DNA of 62,439 bases, the filler included, from Perkinsus olseni (taxonomy: Eukaryota): NCBI GenBank assembly GCA_013115125.1. It is 18 parts of 18 records of this genome, joined end to end, with 100 filler letters (N's around TTAATTAATTAA, not from the genome) between each part and the next. Parts side by side here need not be neighbours in the genome. Positions count along the whole stretch, not along the records: positions 1 to 3,417 come from JABANN010001404.1; positions 3,518 to 6,932 come from JABANN010001405.1; positions 7,033 to 10,437 come from JABANN010001406.1; positions 10,538 to 13,937 come from JABANN010001407.1; 14 more parts are not named here. One strand, written 5' to 3'. The position numbers and the translations under genes were made by a program. A model generated the notes under the pieces. It was not told where the DNA came from. It saw only the letters and a list, made by a program, of their open reading frames with translations, and ran no database searches. Shown piece by piece: positions 1-10,607 of the stretch; position 1 is the first letter of the stretch, and each line of letters begins with the position of its first letter.

Positions 1-2367
1 GCTCCGAGATCGATGCCGTTTGATCGTGTACTGGGCGTACTGTACTCGACCGTAGGCCCCCTCCCCAATGGTGTCGATGATGTTGATTTGCTGCATCGGC
101 AGATGCTTGTCGGCTAGCACAGGGTTACTCAGAGCATCCGTTACTGCTACTGGGGACCTCATGTGCCGGTCTATGCTGCATGCCTGAACAACAACGAGGA
201 AAGTGAGTACAGTACCACACTTCGACCAACTCATCGCGACGATGTCCCCTTCAAACGCCATCGGCCATCACATCGCCCGTAAACTCGCAGCCCCCTGCGT
301 ACTACCTTCAGTAGCACCTGTTGCATCCTCTCCACAGCATTCACCTGAGCTAGCGTCATATCCAACTCCTCGGCCGCAGTCCCATTATGCAGCATCCTCT
401 CGAGATCCTCACCATCATACGACTTAGCGGACATCAGCAACGCCGATCGCCTCAGTCCCATCAACTCCAACCAGGCCGCGATCTCGAATCGGTCCATGCA
501 GTGCAACGGTAATATGGCAGAATCGTACAGCTCCGGGAGGTCCGGACCCGCTTGCAGGGGCACCCCCGTCACCGGACTCAACCCGATCACGTGGTAGCGC
601 CACTGCTCAGCTCGCCTAACATGGGCGGTGTAGACGCACTCCTGTCGTCTGCGGCCGTTCTGATCCATCGTGACCCACACCGAGTTGATCGGCTGCGTGA
701 AGGGCGATATCGACATGCCCATCTTCAGCTCGCCCGTTTCGAACCGTCCCATCTTCCATACCGCATCTTCGGTAACCTTGAAGCCGTAGCCAGTGAACTC
801 ATCCTGCTGCCAGTCGCCCTCGAAGGTCTCAGCACTGAGTTCTCCGACATGCGCCGCTTCTCCCTGCACCCAATACCGTCCAAAGCCTTCTCTGCGGCCC
901 TCGACCAAGGACCCCGTGTACGCTCCTCGCCTCGGGTCATTCTCGTACCACACGGAGCCGTAACCGGTGATTTTATCTTGCTCAGGATCGAAATTTTCGC
1001 GCAGCCACCGCGGGAACTGCCCACGAGGGTGCAGAGGTCCTTCGGCCGGCAGCAGAGTGGAAAACCGGGCCCGAAAGACAGCTGCGGCCCGAGGGGCGTA
1101 GGTCGATATCACATAGCGATTATTTACAAATTTTCCATCAGAAGTGACCAGCTCAGCCTGACGTACTTTGAATCCGGCCGTCATGATTAACAGATGGAGG
1201 AAGGCGGCCAAGCCGGCCTGGTTCACGCTGGTGACCTCCGCTTCAAAAATATAACCCCAAATTCCGGGCCGCCGAGGCCGATAGCCGTGATGGCGCGGCA
1301 AGGCTACCGGGCGATCACACCGAGTTCGCGGCCATTCCAAGGGTAAGTTACGGATGGAGTGGTAACTGTCTATGAGTTTAAATTTTTTCAGAGATATCAG
1401 ATCTTCTATACCTGATAGCGATATCTCAATCCCACGAGCGATACGACGAAGCTAGTACACAGAAGGCCGTTCTCTGGGGCCTCGTCGGTGGGCCCCTCCG
1501 TGGGGCTTTTACCGATGTCATACGAATGGGCATTCTGCATGACGCACCTGAGAGTTATCATAGGGATGGTACGACGCAGTACGATACTACTCGAGATCAT
1601 GCCGAAGAGAATCAAAGGTCGGAGCCTGCTGATCGTCGAAGGCGCTGGTTGCTGGTGCCAGTCCGAAATACCCGACAAAACCGATACCTCCACGACCGCC
1701 AGAGTAATCATAGAAACTCTGAGAGTATCCAAGCTTGATCATGGAAAGATACAAAACAGCTCACCTTGCTTGCCACTGGGTTGCCAAGAAGATCCCCATC
1801 GCCCATCATGTATATGCGCCCTCGAAGCATGTCCATGCCCCTCCAAGCCAGCCATGTTAGCATCCTCTGCAGTATCCTATCAGTCAGATCTGCTGCATGC
1901 AGCTGGACCACCTCATCTTCCTTCGATATATGCCGGCAATCGACCGAGGCCCGGACCACCGGGTTGGTCCGATCAACCGCCGTAAGGCTGACCAACCTCG
2001 GAGGGGGGTTATAGAACGACGTAGGCGGCTGAGGGATGGCGACCACCGCCGACCCTACATGAAAGAACATTGTCATCACTACGACGCGCAGCCCCCTTTC
2101 ATTACGCCTTCTAACCGCCGACCAACTTTCCCCACTCGTTTTTCTACTGCCGGTGGCCTCAGTGTTGTCAGTGCCATTGTGAGTGCCCTGCTGCTTCTGG
2201 TCGTCCTTACCGTCGTCATCCAAGCCCTTCATCTCGAACGACATATACCCGGCAGCAGAGCGATCGCAACGGTACTTCTGTGCGGCATAGGATACGGACT
2301 CGGCTGAGGATGTTACGCTATCCACGGACCCAGCACGTCCTCGATTACGGTTCGCCACGGTCATCAT
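1..2367 (-). CDS. Multi-exon MORN repeat + SAM domain + protein kinase (TKL-type), 3'-truncated by the window edge
   Basis: ORF 231-1340 has MORN repeats (YTGSLVEGRREGFGRY; FEGDWQQDEFTGYG) and a SAM-like domain (MDRFEIAAWLELMGL...YDGEDL). A phase-0 GT-AG intron (305-184) joins it to exon 183-1, encoding ...QINIIDTIGEGAYGRVQYAQY (kinase Gly-rich loop). The 5' exon structure (1340-2367) is not fully resolved. Confidence 0.8.
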
Positions 2368-2960
2368 CAACAACAACCTTTCAATAGGGCTCGGTTATGG
2401 GTTCGTTTCGCCTCCACCACCCACTAGTGCACAACACAGTTCAATGAGAAGGAAGATGCCACTTTGCTCGGCACAGGACATGATTTCGTCAAGAGCATGA
2501 ATCAACCTAGGATACCGTCAGGACCATGATGGTAGCCTCTTCCCCACTCAACTTGACACGAAGTCGAGAATTAAGCTAGCCGTGTAACTGAAGCTAAAAG
2601 AGTCCTGAAACCATAGTATTCAGGGAGGCTGTACCGGGGACGCTTCCGAGCCTTGTGATTGCCGCCAAGAGCAGTTTTAAAGCGTGAAAATCCAACCTAA
2701 ACTCGATACTGAGTTCGAAAACAAACCGAAGGTTCAATAGACTGCTTGAATCTCGCAGACGGTGCCACGACCGGCTTACCCACCTTGCATTCAAGAGCCC
2801 CAGGAAACATGCACGAAGAATTTCGCGAGCCATATCAAGATTTTTGAATCTTGAACTCTTGCTCGCTCTCAGCGGTACGCAACTCCATAAAATCGTCACA
2901 AGTGTGATAAAACTATTATTGGTTGTTATCAACAACCTCGTATCGCCTCCGATAAGAACT

Positions 2961-3417
2961 ATGCCAACTACCACTACTGCCAATTCCGCCCAGATTGGCA
3001 CCTCTACCAAGCCCTTGGTCCAGAAGGAGCAAGCCAAAGTCGATGACAATGCCGCCGCGGGCGTCACGGAGGCTACCAAAGAGTTGCTCACTTCCGATGA
3101 TTGGAAGACTAAAATTGAACGCCCTGTCGCTGATACTCGCGTGAAGACTACTGATGTTACTGCTACCAAGGGTAACGACTTTGAGGACTACTTTTTGAAG
3201 CGCGAGTTGCTTATGGGCATCTTCGAGAAGGGTTATGAGAAGCCCTCACCTATTCAGGAGGAGGCTATTCCTCCAGCTTTGGCCGGTAAGAATATTCTTG
3301 CTCGTGCTAAGAATGGTACTGGTAAGACTGCCTCATTCCTTATCCCTATGTTGGAGAAGGTTAATACCGACATCACTGATGGCATTCAAGGCCTTGTTCT
3401 CGTACCTACCAGAGAAT
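2961..3417 (+). CDS. DHH1: DEAD-box RNA helicase DDX6/Dhh1/DOZI, N-terminal part (cut by contig end)
   Basis: [47 protein letters not shown] (Q motif), [10 protein letters not shown] (motif I) and VPTRE (motif Ia) are diagnostic of DDX6. Confidence 0.95.
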
Positions 3418-3517
3418 NNNNNNNNNNNNNNNNNNNNNNNNNNNNNNNNNNNNNNNNNNNNTTAATTAATTAANNNNNNNNNNNNNNNNNNNNNNNNNNN
3501 NNNNNNNNNNNNNNNNN
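3418..3517. other. Artificial contig linker (N44-TTAATTAATTAA-N44), first of 17
   Basis: Identical 100-nt linkers start at 3418, 6933, 10438, 13938, 17435, 20930, 24422, 27912, 31397, 34875, 38352, 41810, 45261, 48711, 52161, 55598 and 59021. TTAATTAATTAA gives stops in all six frames. The intervening contigs decrease in length. Confidence 0.99.
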
Positions 3518-3543
3518 CCCCTCCCCGCGCGGGCGAAAAGTGT

Positions 3544-6500
3544 GTGAATGGGTGGGGGTGGGATCGACGCTTTTCCACCGTCCACCAAGTGGTTGGGTCT
3601 AGTGGATATCGATGGCGTGCTCGAGAGCTACAAAATGGTGAGAGTAAGGATACCCCAACCCAACGATATTGTATTGAGGTCGACTCCCCCTATGATGCTG
3701 CGACCTTGAGTAAGATCCCGACGAGGAAAGATTATGGTGGCCGCATGGTGGGTCGGCTTTCGCCGCAAGATAAGGATCTATATGAGAAAGAGGTGGCTAA
3801 GTATGTTGATAAAGGGTGGTGGCGTGTGGTTGGACCTGTTACCACTACTCCGTATTCGTCGAGTGCCTTGGTGGTGTTTCCGGTACGGTCCCGGAAGCCC
3901 GGTGCCAGTACTCCCATAAGGCCTGTTTTGGATGCCCGCTTGAGGAATATTCATGGCCCGGCGAGTTCTTACGAAGGCCCTTGTATTGATGCCATTTTAT
4001 TGAATATTCGTCTTCGGTGGCATCCTCAGTCACGGGTTTTAACCCGTGACGCTTCGAGCGCTTTCTACCGCGTTCGTATGTCACCATCGTCCATGGTGGA
4101 ACTACTGGCTGATGGTATGGTCTATCATAGTTGGAGGTTGTGTTTTGGTCTCCGAGCTGGACCATGCTGTTTATGGTCGGCCCTTACATTTGTCCTGGAC
4201 GTTAGTATAGCAGAGCTTCCTGCTGACATGCGCTCGCGATTATTTGGTTGTGCCTTTTATTTGTATCTTGATGACCTTACTCTGGTTATTGATGGAGGTG
4301 CCGACCCGGAGTCTTCTCTGGCTGAAACTATTATCTCCAAGGTTGTCGAGGTTGCTGCACGTTACGGATTTGATTTCCCCGAGATCAAAGGATATGATAG
4401 TGTCAGTATCCATCGTTTCAAGCATCTTGGTATATGGTGGGAATTTGATGAAGGAGATCTCTCTTTCTCGTGTCCTAAGTTTACGCTGGGCACTGTGAAA
4501 AATGCTCAAGGTGAATATAAAACTTCCTGGACGCGCAGGGAGTTGTATTCTGTGGCGGCGTGCGTTAGTAGTGGTTGTGATCCTTTGCTGATTCATGGCA
4601 AAGAACGGCTGGCCGGAGATGTCCTCAAGATACTATGTGGCTATGTTGGTAAAAACAAAGATTGGGACGAGTCTTCCGAGATCGACACTCGAGGTCCTTC
4701 CTATAAGGTGCTATGCTCTTGTATTAAGGTGATTGAAGACCATGTAAAGCAACAATGTCATCACCCAGTTCAACACCCTGATCAGCTCGAGGTCCATGTG
4801 GACGCGAGCTCTATAGGTTGGGCATGGGCGATGTTTGGCGTCTCTACCGTCACTGGCGATTCATGGTTGATTCAGTCAGCTGCAGGTGTCTTCAAGACCA
4901 AAAATCAGAGAAGCTCGCATATAAACAGAAAAGAACTCGCCGCCCTCGCCAAGGCCATGGTCGCGGTCCACGCGGCCCTATCCGGTAAACGTCAGCGTCC
5001 TCTCATCCCTCTGGTCAAGGTATGTTGTGACTCTCAAACGGTGGTCAGATGGACGGCATCAAATGGTATTCGATCTTCCAGTAAGAGTTTGGAGAGAGTA
5101 ATTGTCCGTCGTCTGATTCAATCCATCAGAGAGATCATGGACGATCTCCGCTCTGTCGGGGTCAACTTCAAGTTGGAGAAGGTGACCAGCGAGGACAATC
5201 GAGCAGACTCCCTTAGTAGAGCGGCGAGTGATTGGGGGTTCGACCAATTGGAGATCTCTGATCCGAGTGATGATGCCGCTCTCTTCCCTGCTTCAGAGGC
5301 AATTCATGCTGTGCAGGGGGATGAGCGTGATAAGTGTGCACAACCCGACTTGCCTGTCGGGGCGACGGCACGAGAAGCTGTGCGGTCTCTTCAAGAAAAG
5401 TCTCCTTTGTGGAGTAAGGTTGTGGTATATCTCAAGACTGGTGGTAAGGCTGACCCTAAGGTTCTGCATGCGGCTCAGGAGAAACGTATTGATTCAGAAG
5501 GTCTTCTGGTGGCTTTGAGGTATCCAGGAGGATCGACTTTGCAATCTCCACGCGAGGTCATCGTCATCCCTTGCGACTTTGACGAGGGAAAGGCCGAGGC
5601 TCTTCGGATTATCAAGGTTTTCCATGAGTCCACTCATCATAATGCTAGATATTTATCATGGGAAGTGTCTCGGTTTTTCCTTATCGATGGTTTAGCGCGA
5701 TTGGCGCGTTTGGTCTGTCAAGGTTGTGAAAGATGCCAAAATGCTATAACTACCCGATTTTATGCCGGGGCTATGGGCTTTACTGATACCACAGCTGCGT
5801 GTGTGTGGGATGTGGTGGCCTGCGATATTGCAGGGCCCTTTAAGCCCGATAAGGATTATGGTTTTGTGGCTGCGTTGGTATTAATAGATATGTATAGTCA
5901 TTATGTAATCATTCGAGGGCTTCGTGACCAACGCACTATTACCATATGCTCGGTTCTGGGGGCCGTTATCCATGAGCTGGGGGCGATGAGACAGCTAAGA
6001 TCGGATGGAGCTCCAAATCTTACTTCTCGCCGCTTTCGGCAGTTTACTGCCTCGGCGGGAGTGGAGCATGTTGTTGCTAACAGGTATTCACCATTCCAGA
6101 ATGGAATGGTAGAAAAATCCATTAGCAATATAAAAACGGTTCTACGTCTTTTCCCCGAGGTTTTGAAAGCTAAGCACTATGGTACTTCTCATTGGTATTC
6201 TGTTATGTGCCGAGCAGGGAGGAGGGCTAATGATCGCCCATACCTTGGTACTACGCCCTTTGCTCTATGGTTTGGTCGAGAACGACGTCCAGAAGAAGTG
6301 GCACGGTTGTCTACGAAGCCTGAAGATAAGTCTGTGGAAGGCGTAAGTACTGAGAGAAAGGCTAATCAAGGAGAGTTTGATGTTGCCCGTTCTGAGCGAC
6401 AGTTACCTCGTCGATATGCACCACGATCTCTTAAGGTATCAGTTGGTAGTAAAGTGAAGATTTTTCGCCCTAATCAAGCCCCTGGTGTCGGTCATGCCTC

Positions 6501-6633
6501 TGGTTACTACAAGGATCCGGTTTATGTGGTAATTGACCAAGAAGGAGTTAATGTGACTCTATTGGAGGTCGGAAAATCTGAAGGAGACGAGATTGTTGAG
6601 CATATTCGAAATATTCGACCGTATTATGCCTGA
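3544..6633 (+). CDS. LTR retrotransposon Pol (RT-RNase H-integrase), 5' end missing, BEL/Pao-like RT
   Basis: Uninterrupted 1029-aa frame. RT: RPVLDAR, DASSAFY, FGLRAGP, YLDD. RNase H: VDAS, HINRKEL, CDS, NRADSLSR. Integrase: HHCC finger, DIAGP, SDGA, QNGMVE, then an SH3-like tail. Confidence 0.93.
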   Translation: MNGWGWDRRFSTVHQVVGSSGYRWRARELQNGESKDTPTQRYCIEVDSPYDAATLSKIPTRKDYGGRMVGRLSPQDKDLYEKEVAKYVDKGWWRVVGPVTTTPYSSSALVVFPVRSRKPGASTPIRPVLDARLRNIHGPASSYEGPCIDAILLNIRLRWHPQSRVLTRDASSAFYRVRMSPSSMVELLADGMVYHSWRLCFGLRAGPCCLWSALTFVLDVSIAELPADMRSRLFGCAFYLYLDDLTLVIDGGADPESSLAETIISKVVEVAARYGFDFPEIKGYDSVSIHRFKHLGIWWEFDEGDLSFSCPKFTLGTVKNAQGEYKTSWTRRELYSVAACVSSGCDPLLIHGKERLAGDVLKILCGYVGKNKDWDESSEIDTRGPSYKVLCSCIKVIEDHVKQQCHHPVQHPDQLEVHVDASSIGWAWAMFGVSTVTGDSWLIQSAAGVFKTKNQRSSHINRKELAALAKAMVAVHAALSGKRQRPLIPLVKVCCDSQTVVRWTASNGIRSSSKSLERVIVRRLIQSIREIMDDLRSVGVNFKLEKVTSEDNRADSLSRAASDWGFDQLEISDPSDDAALFPASEAIHAVQGDERDKCAQPDLPVGATAREAVRSLQEKSPLWSKVVVYLKTGGKADPKVLHAAQEKRIDSEGLLVALRYPGGSTLQSPREVIVIPCDFDEGKAEALRIIKVFHESTHHNARYLSWEVSRFFLIDGLARLARLVCQGCERCQNAITTRFYAGAMGFTDTTAACVWDVVACDIAGPFKPDKDYGFVAALVLIDMYSHYVIIRGLRDQRTITICSVLGAVIHELGAMRQLRSDGAPNLTSRRFRQFTASAGVEHVVANRYSPFQNGMVEKSISNIKTVLRLFPEVLKAKHYGTSHWYSVMCRAGRRANDRPYLGTTPFALWFGRERRPEEVARLSTKPEDKSVEGVSTERKANQGEFDVARSERQLPRRYAPRSLKVSVGSKVKIFRPNQAPGVGHASGYYKDPVYVVIDQEGVNVTLLEVGKSEGDEIVEHIRNIRPYYA

Positions 6634-6654
6634 TTTCTGATATCGTCACTCGAT

Positions 6655-6932
6655 CAGGGGGGTGATGTTGTGCGACGTTGTGATCTCGATGTCCCCTCGT
6701 AGCTGACACAAAGCCTTGTCTCCCTTATCCCGTTGTTCCTATTGTAATAATAAGATATTTATTCCATCCCTACCAAAGGGGCTTTGCGTTCTTCCCGAAA
6801 TGACCATCACTGAATCCTCGGAGGGGCTCGAACACCGTCAAGCAGTCCGATGTCTGGATGGTACCCCGTTGTAAGAGCGTCGAGCGTAAGGCCATCTTAA
6901 GGCTGAGAGGTGTCATTTGTGACACAGTTCAT
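6655..6932 (+). mobile_element. Polypurine tract and probable 3' LTR of the contig-2 element
   Basis: AGGGGGGTGA lies about 20 nt after the pol stop and is followed by TGTTGTG at 6666. The right LTR boundary cannot be determined. Confidence 0.65.
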
Positions 6933-7301
6933 NNNNNNNNNNNNNNNNNNNNNNNNNNNNNNNNNNNNNNNNNNNNTTAATTAATTAANNNNNNNNNNNN
7001 NNNNNNNNNNNNNNNNNNNNNNNNNNNNNNNNACCCAACGTTGTCCGTGGGGAAGCGGGGACGGTCTGCATAAGCAGCAGTACGGCAGACGTACGCGAGA
7101 AAACTCCCGCGTCGGGCACTCTGAGTTAACACAACACTTAGTGACGAGGATTGTGAACGATACATTATCAAGTTTATTCTATCCCTCCCCCTTAGCTGAT
7201 ATTGGCACAAGGCCTTCATTCCACTAACTATGCAGAACTACTGCTATCGGCAGCAACAGAGCCTCGAGCTATGGGTGATTTGAGACAGACACATTCAAAA
7301 C

Positions 7302-8093
7302 TTATGCTTTATCGTCCAATTTATCAGCCATGACTACTGGATTCGCCTTCGCCAGCTTCCGACGCTCGTTGGTCTTATAGTCGTAATCACACTGGTGAGC
7401 CTCCGCATACCTGCCGATCACAATATTGTGACGCTTCGCTGACTTTCACATCAACGTGCTACGAAAAGTGCTATCTCACGTAGCGTACCTGTGTGTTGAG
7501 CAGAAATAATAGCCGCAGCGGCATCGGACACCAGTAAGACCGATACGCTTCCCGCATGTCCAGCACCTAACAGAGCTTGAAAACTAATCGAGTAGGATTA
7601 GGCGAAATTTTCACGCGAAACCCCGATCAACTTAGGCTCACGGCTCACGGGTTGGAATGATACTTGACCCAGTACCCACCGATTAACATCACTCTGCACT
7701 GGCCGATCATCGCTGGCCTCCACTGACTCATCAACCTTCTCGGCCTCCAAACGAGCCTTCTCCTCCTGGGAAAATCGTTGAGTGTAGAGAGTCATTTTAG
7801 TAAGCTCCTACTGCTTCCTCCTTCTCTTTCTCCTCCTTTTCCTTAAGGTCCTTCCAACACTTGGAGCAATAGTTATCTGTATCGGGATTGCCGAAGAAGC
7901 CACAGCCACCCTTGCAGGGTACGGGTGCAGCAGCAGCTGCTGTTGCTGATGACGATGTAGATGCCTAAGAGTCGAAATTTTTGGCTCAAGAATACGGTTG
8001 AGCGACTCGGTGACACCGAATGAGAGGTTCCACACTCGCAACTATGTAGTCTACATCTTTTCAACAGAGTATTACCTCCTGTGCGATCTCCAT
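7302..8093 (-). CDS. A20/AN1 zinc-finger stress-associated protein (ZFAND5/SAP-like), 5 exons
   Basis: Manual splicing gives MEIAQE|ASTSSS...[23 protein letters not shown] (A20)...|EEKARLE...[41 protein letters not shown]...[13 protein letters not shown] (AN1), using GT-AG introns. Confidence 0.92.
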
Positions 8094-9647
8094 GTTGACA
8101 TCCTCAGTATTGGCCGGTTTAGGACCCTTGATGAGCAACAATGTGCTTCCACTGGCAATCTTCCGGCTGGATAAAGTGTCGGCGTCCTGTAACTGCTTAC
8201 CTGAGTCAACCAATGCTCAACCACGTATATGGAAGCCATGGTGAAGAGACTGCTGATCGACTCACCCTTGTAGAACATCTTCATCTGAACCGCAGGGATG
8301 GAGCAATGCTCAGACTGTGAAGCTAGGCGCTTCAGTTCCGCTACCTGGCCAGTTTCGAACGTGAATTAGGAAATCGCCTTTTCGACCCGCAGCCTATGCT
8401 CCTGCCTTACAGTGAGTGCAGAGTCGATCTTCTCAAGCACAAAAGGCTTCCCGCCCGTTAGCTTGAAGTGAAGTGTAAGTGTGTTGTTCTCCGAAGATGA
8501 CATGCTATTTGAACGAGTAATATGGTTATTAAATGAGTACAAGCTTGAATCATAACCTCGACCGAATATAACCTAGACCGAACGTTGAAGAAAACCAGTC
8601 CGTACAGTAGCGCTGTCGAGATACAGAGTACAAACAGGTACCTCCCCAAGTGTAGAACCCTGTAACCCAGAGAATTCTAGAAACGTGTCAGTGTCAGTAT
8701 GATACGGTAAGGTAGAGAGAGTAAGGACAAACATAGTACAATCCAGCGCGGCAAGACAACGAACACGATGCCCTAGGCTTTCATTGATCAAGTGGATTCC
8801 TCAGCATCGGAGTTCGACTCTGAATCCATGGCCTTCTCGGTGAGGAACCTACACTCAGATGGTCCAGCGGAAGCTCATAACATCAAGGCGGCAGTCGCCA
8901 TCCAGCTTACGTCTTGAGCTGATCAACGAGCTGCTTGTGGTTACGCTTCTTCCTAGTCTGCCTAGTGAGCCGTACATGCCTGTATCTGACACACCGTCGT
9001 ACAATGATATGATATCCTTGCTTCTGGGCCAAACCCCGATCGCGGTAACATCAAAATCCTAGATAGATAAAGGTCAAAAACACTCAGCGAGGTGAAAAGC
9101 TTGGGTGAAGGAAGACCTTGAACCTACTTGCATCTATCGCCATGACGACATCGACCACGCTCCAAGAAGAAGCGACACATGCCGTGTTTGGGTTTGGTAA
9201 CTTCTTGAGCGCTCTCGACCCCGCTGAAGGTCTCAGCAGCACCAGTAGCGCCTCCGGGAAGGTCAGCGGATGCGGGTTGAGGCCCCTAATAACGAACAGC
9301 TCAGGTCTGTTGACTTCACTGTGAAGTGTCTAGAAGCAGCGTGACAAGCCCTCCTTCATCGAAGTTTCTCACAATCCCTGGATAACTTAAACCGCCGACA
9401 CCTCCTTTACCAGAAAATTCATACAAAGTTTGGGACAACAGCACGCAGGATGAATTAAAAAAGGGCAAACCGTGATGATTGATCTGGCTCGAGTATTTGC
9501 AATCGACAATCAAACTGCCGGAGGCAGTCCTAGGCACTGTTCCACCCCAAGATATACTACCTCCTCCGCCCCATCACCAGCATTGAGTTGGCTTGAGTGC
9601 TCAACATCGTCCTCTGGACTCGTCTCTGACTCCACACCATCACTATC

Positions 9648-9648
<1 letters not shown>

Positions 9649-9678
<30 letters not shown>
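9649..9678. repeat. (CTG)10 microsatellite
   Basis: Read directly. It falls in a Ser/acidic-rich minus-strand frame (9510-9722). Confidence 0.9.
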
Positions 9679-9679
<1 letters not shown>

Positions 9680-9795
9680 CACTGCTGGTGCTCTCTGGAA
9701 TTTCCTTAAGCGTTGCTTGCACATCATCAGTACGGCGACGTTCTGAGCATCAATCGATGAGCAAGATCGCGGACTTTCCATTCAAGAAGAGAGTA

Positions 9796-10437
9796 CACCA
9801 TTTCCAGACCTACTTAGTAAAACCCCAGACCAAATTAGTAGAACCCCAGAGCAATTTAATAAAGCCCAGCCCAAAATAGTAGAACCCCAGAGCAATTTAA
9901 TAAAGCCCAAACCAAAATAGTAAAACCCCAGAGCAATTTAATAAAGCCCAAACCAAAATAGTAAAACCCCAGAGCAATTTAGTCGCCGACTAATAGTCGG
10001 CACGCGAGATGCATCCGGTTCGTACCTCCCGGCCCGGGGACTCGCCATGAGTGGCGGGAGAGGCGGTGGAATGAAGGCAGAATACCTCCTGCTGTACTGG
10101 AGGAAGTAGCTTCAAAAAGGGGTTAAAGCGCTCAATCCGTAACTTTGTACCCCGGTTGCTCAGCTATGGAAGGCATGCCAGTCGGAGCCCCGGTATCGAA
10201 TCTTTAACAATTAAACTTCAAGCTGCGATCTGTAGGATACCGAGTGTGGCTTACTTCATGTAGGCTGACGCTGTGAGGTTTTCCGTACTTGCTAGTGACC
10301 TTGTTGGGCTCTACTAAATTGGTCTTCCATAAAATTAAATTGCTTTGGGGTTATACTAATTTGACCTGGGCTTTATTAAATTGCTCTGGGGATTTACTAA
10401 TTTGGTCTAGGGTTTTACTAAGTAGGTCTGGAAATGG
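9796..10437. mobile_element. Non-autonomous TIR element (MITE) with CACCATTTCCAGACC ends and subterminal ~20-nt repeats
   Basis: Left end is TA|CACCATTTCCAGACCTACTTAGTAAAACCC. Right end is GGGTTTTACTAAGTAGGTCTGGAAATGG, cut by the contig end. Arrays of AAACCCCAGAGCAATTT/AAAGCCCA units occur at both ends in inverted orientation. Confidence 0.88.
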
Positions 10438-10537
10438 NNNNNNNNNNNNNNNNNNNNNNNNNNNNNNNNNNNNNNNNNNNNTTAATTAATTAANNNNNNN
10501 NNNNNNNNNNNNNNNNNNNNNNNNNNNNNNNNNNNNN

Positions 10538-10607
10538 TCTCCATCGCAGCCCAATATCTCCGGATCTTGTGTTACACTTCTAGCAGCTCAGCTGCGAGTG
10601 TTGCTAG
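10538..10607 (+). mobile_element. Terminus of an unidentified repeat ending ...GCGAGTGTTG|CTAG
   Basis: These 70 nt are the exact reverse complement of 31327-31396. Flanks diverge right after CTAG. Confidence 0.8.

Noticed and set aside
552-1190. Long antisense ORFs (552-1190, 2594-3169, 40245-40868, 52677-53183)
   Set aside because: These are shadow frames opposite well-supported genes.
6885-6908. CGTAAGGCCATCTTAAGGCTGAG, loosely like a spliced-leader relic
   Set aside because: It needs several indels to align, which is too weak.
7979-7990. TTTTGGCTCAAG, matching the 3' end of the dinoflagellate/Perkinsus spliced leader
   Set aside because: Only 12 nt, antisense to the host gene and inside an intron, with no GT donor or Sm site after it. 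Chance match is likely.
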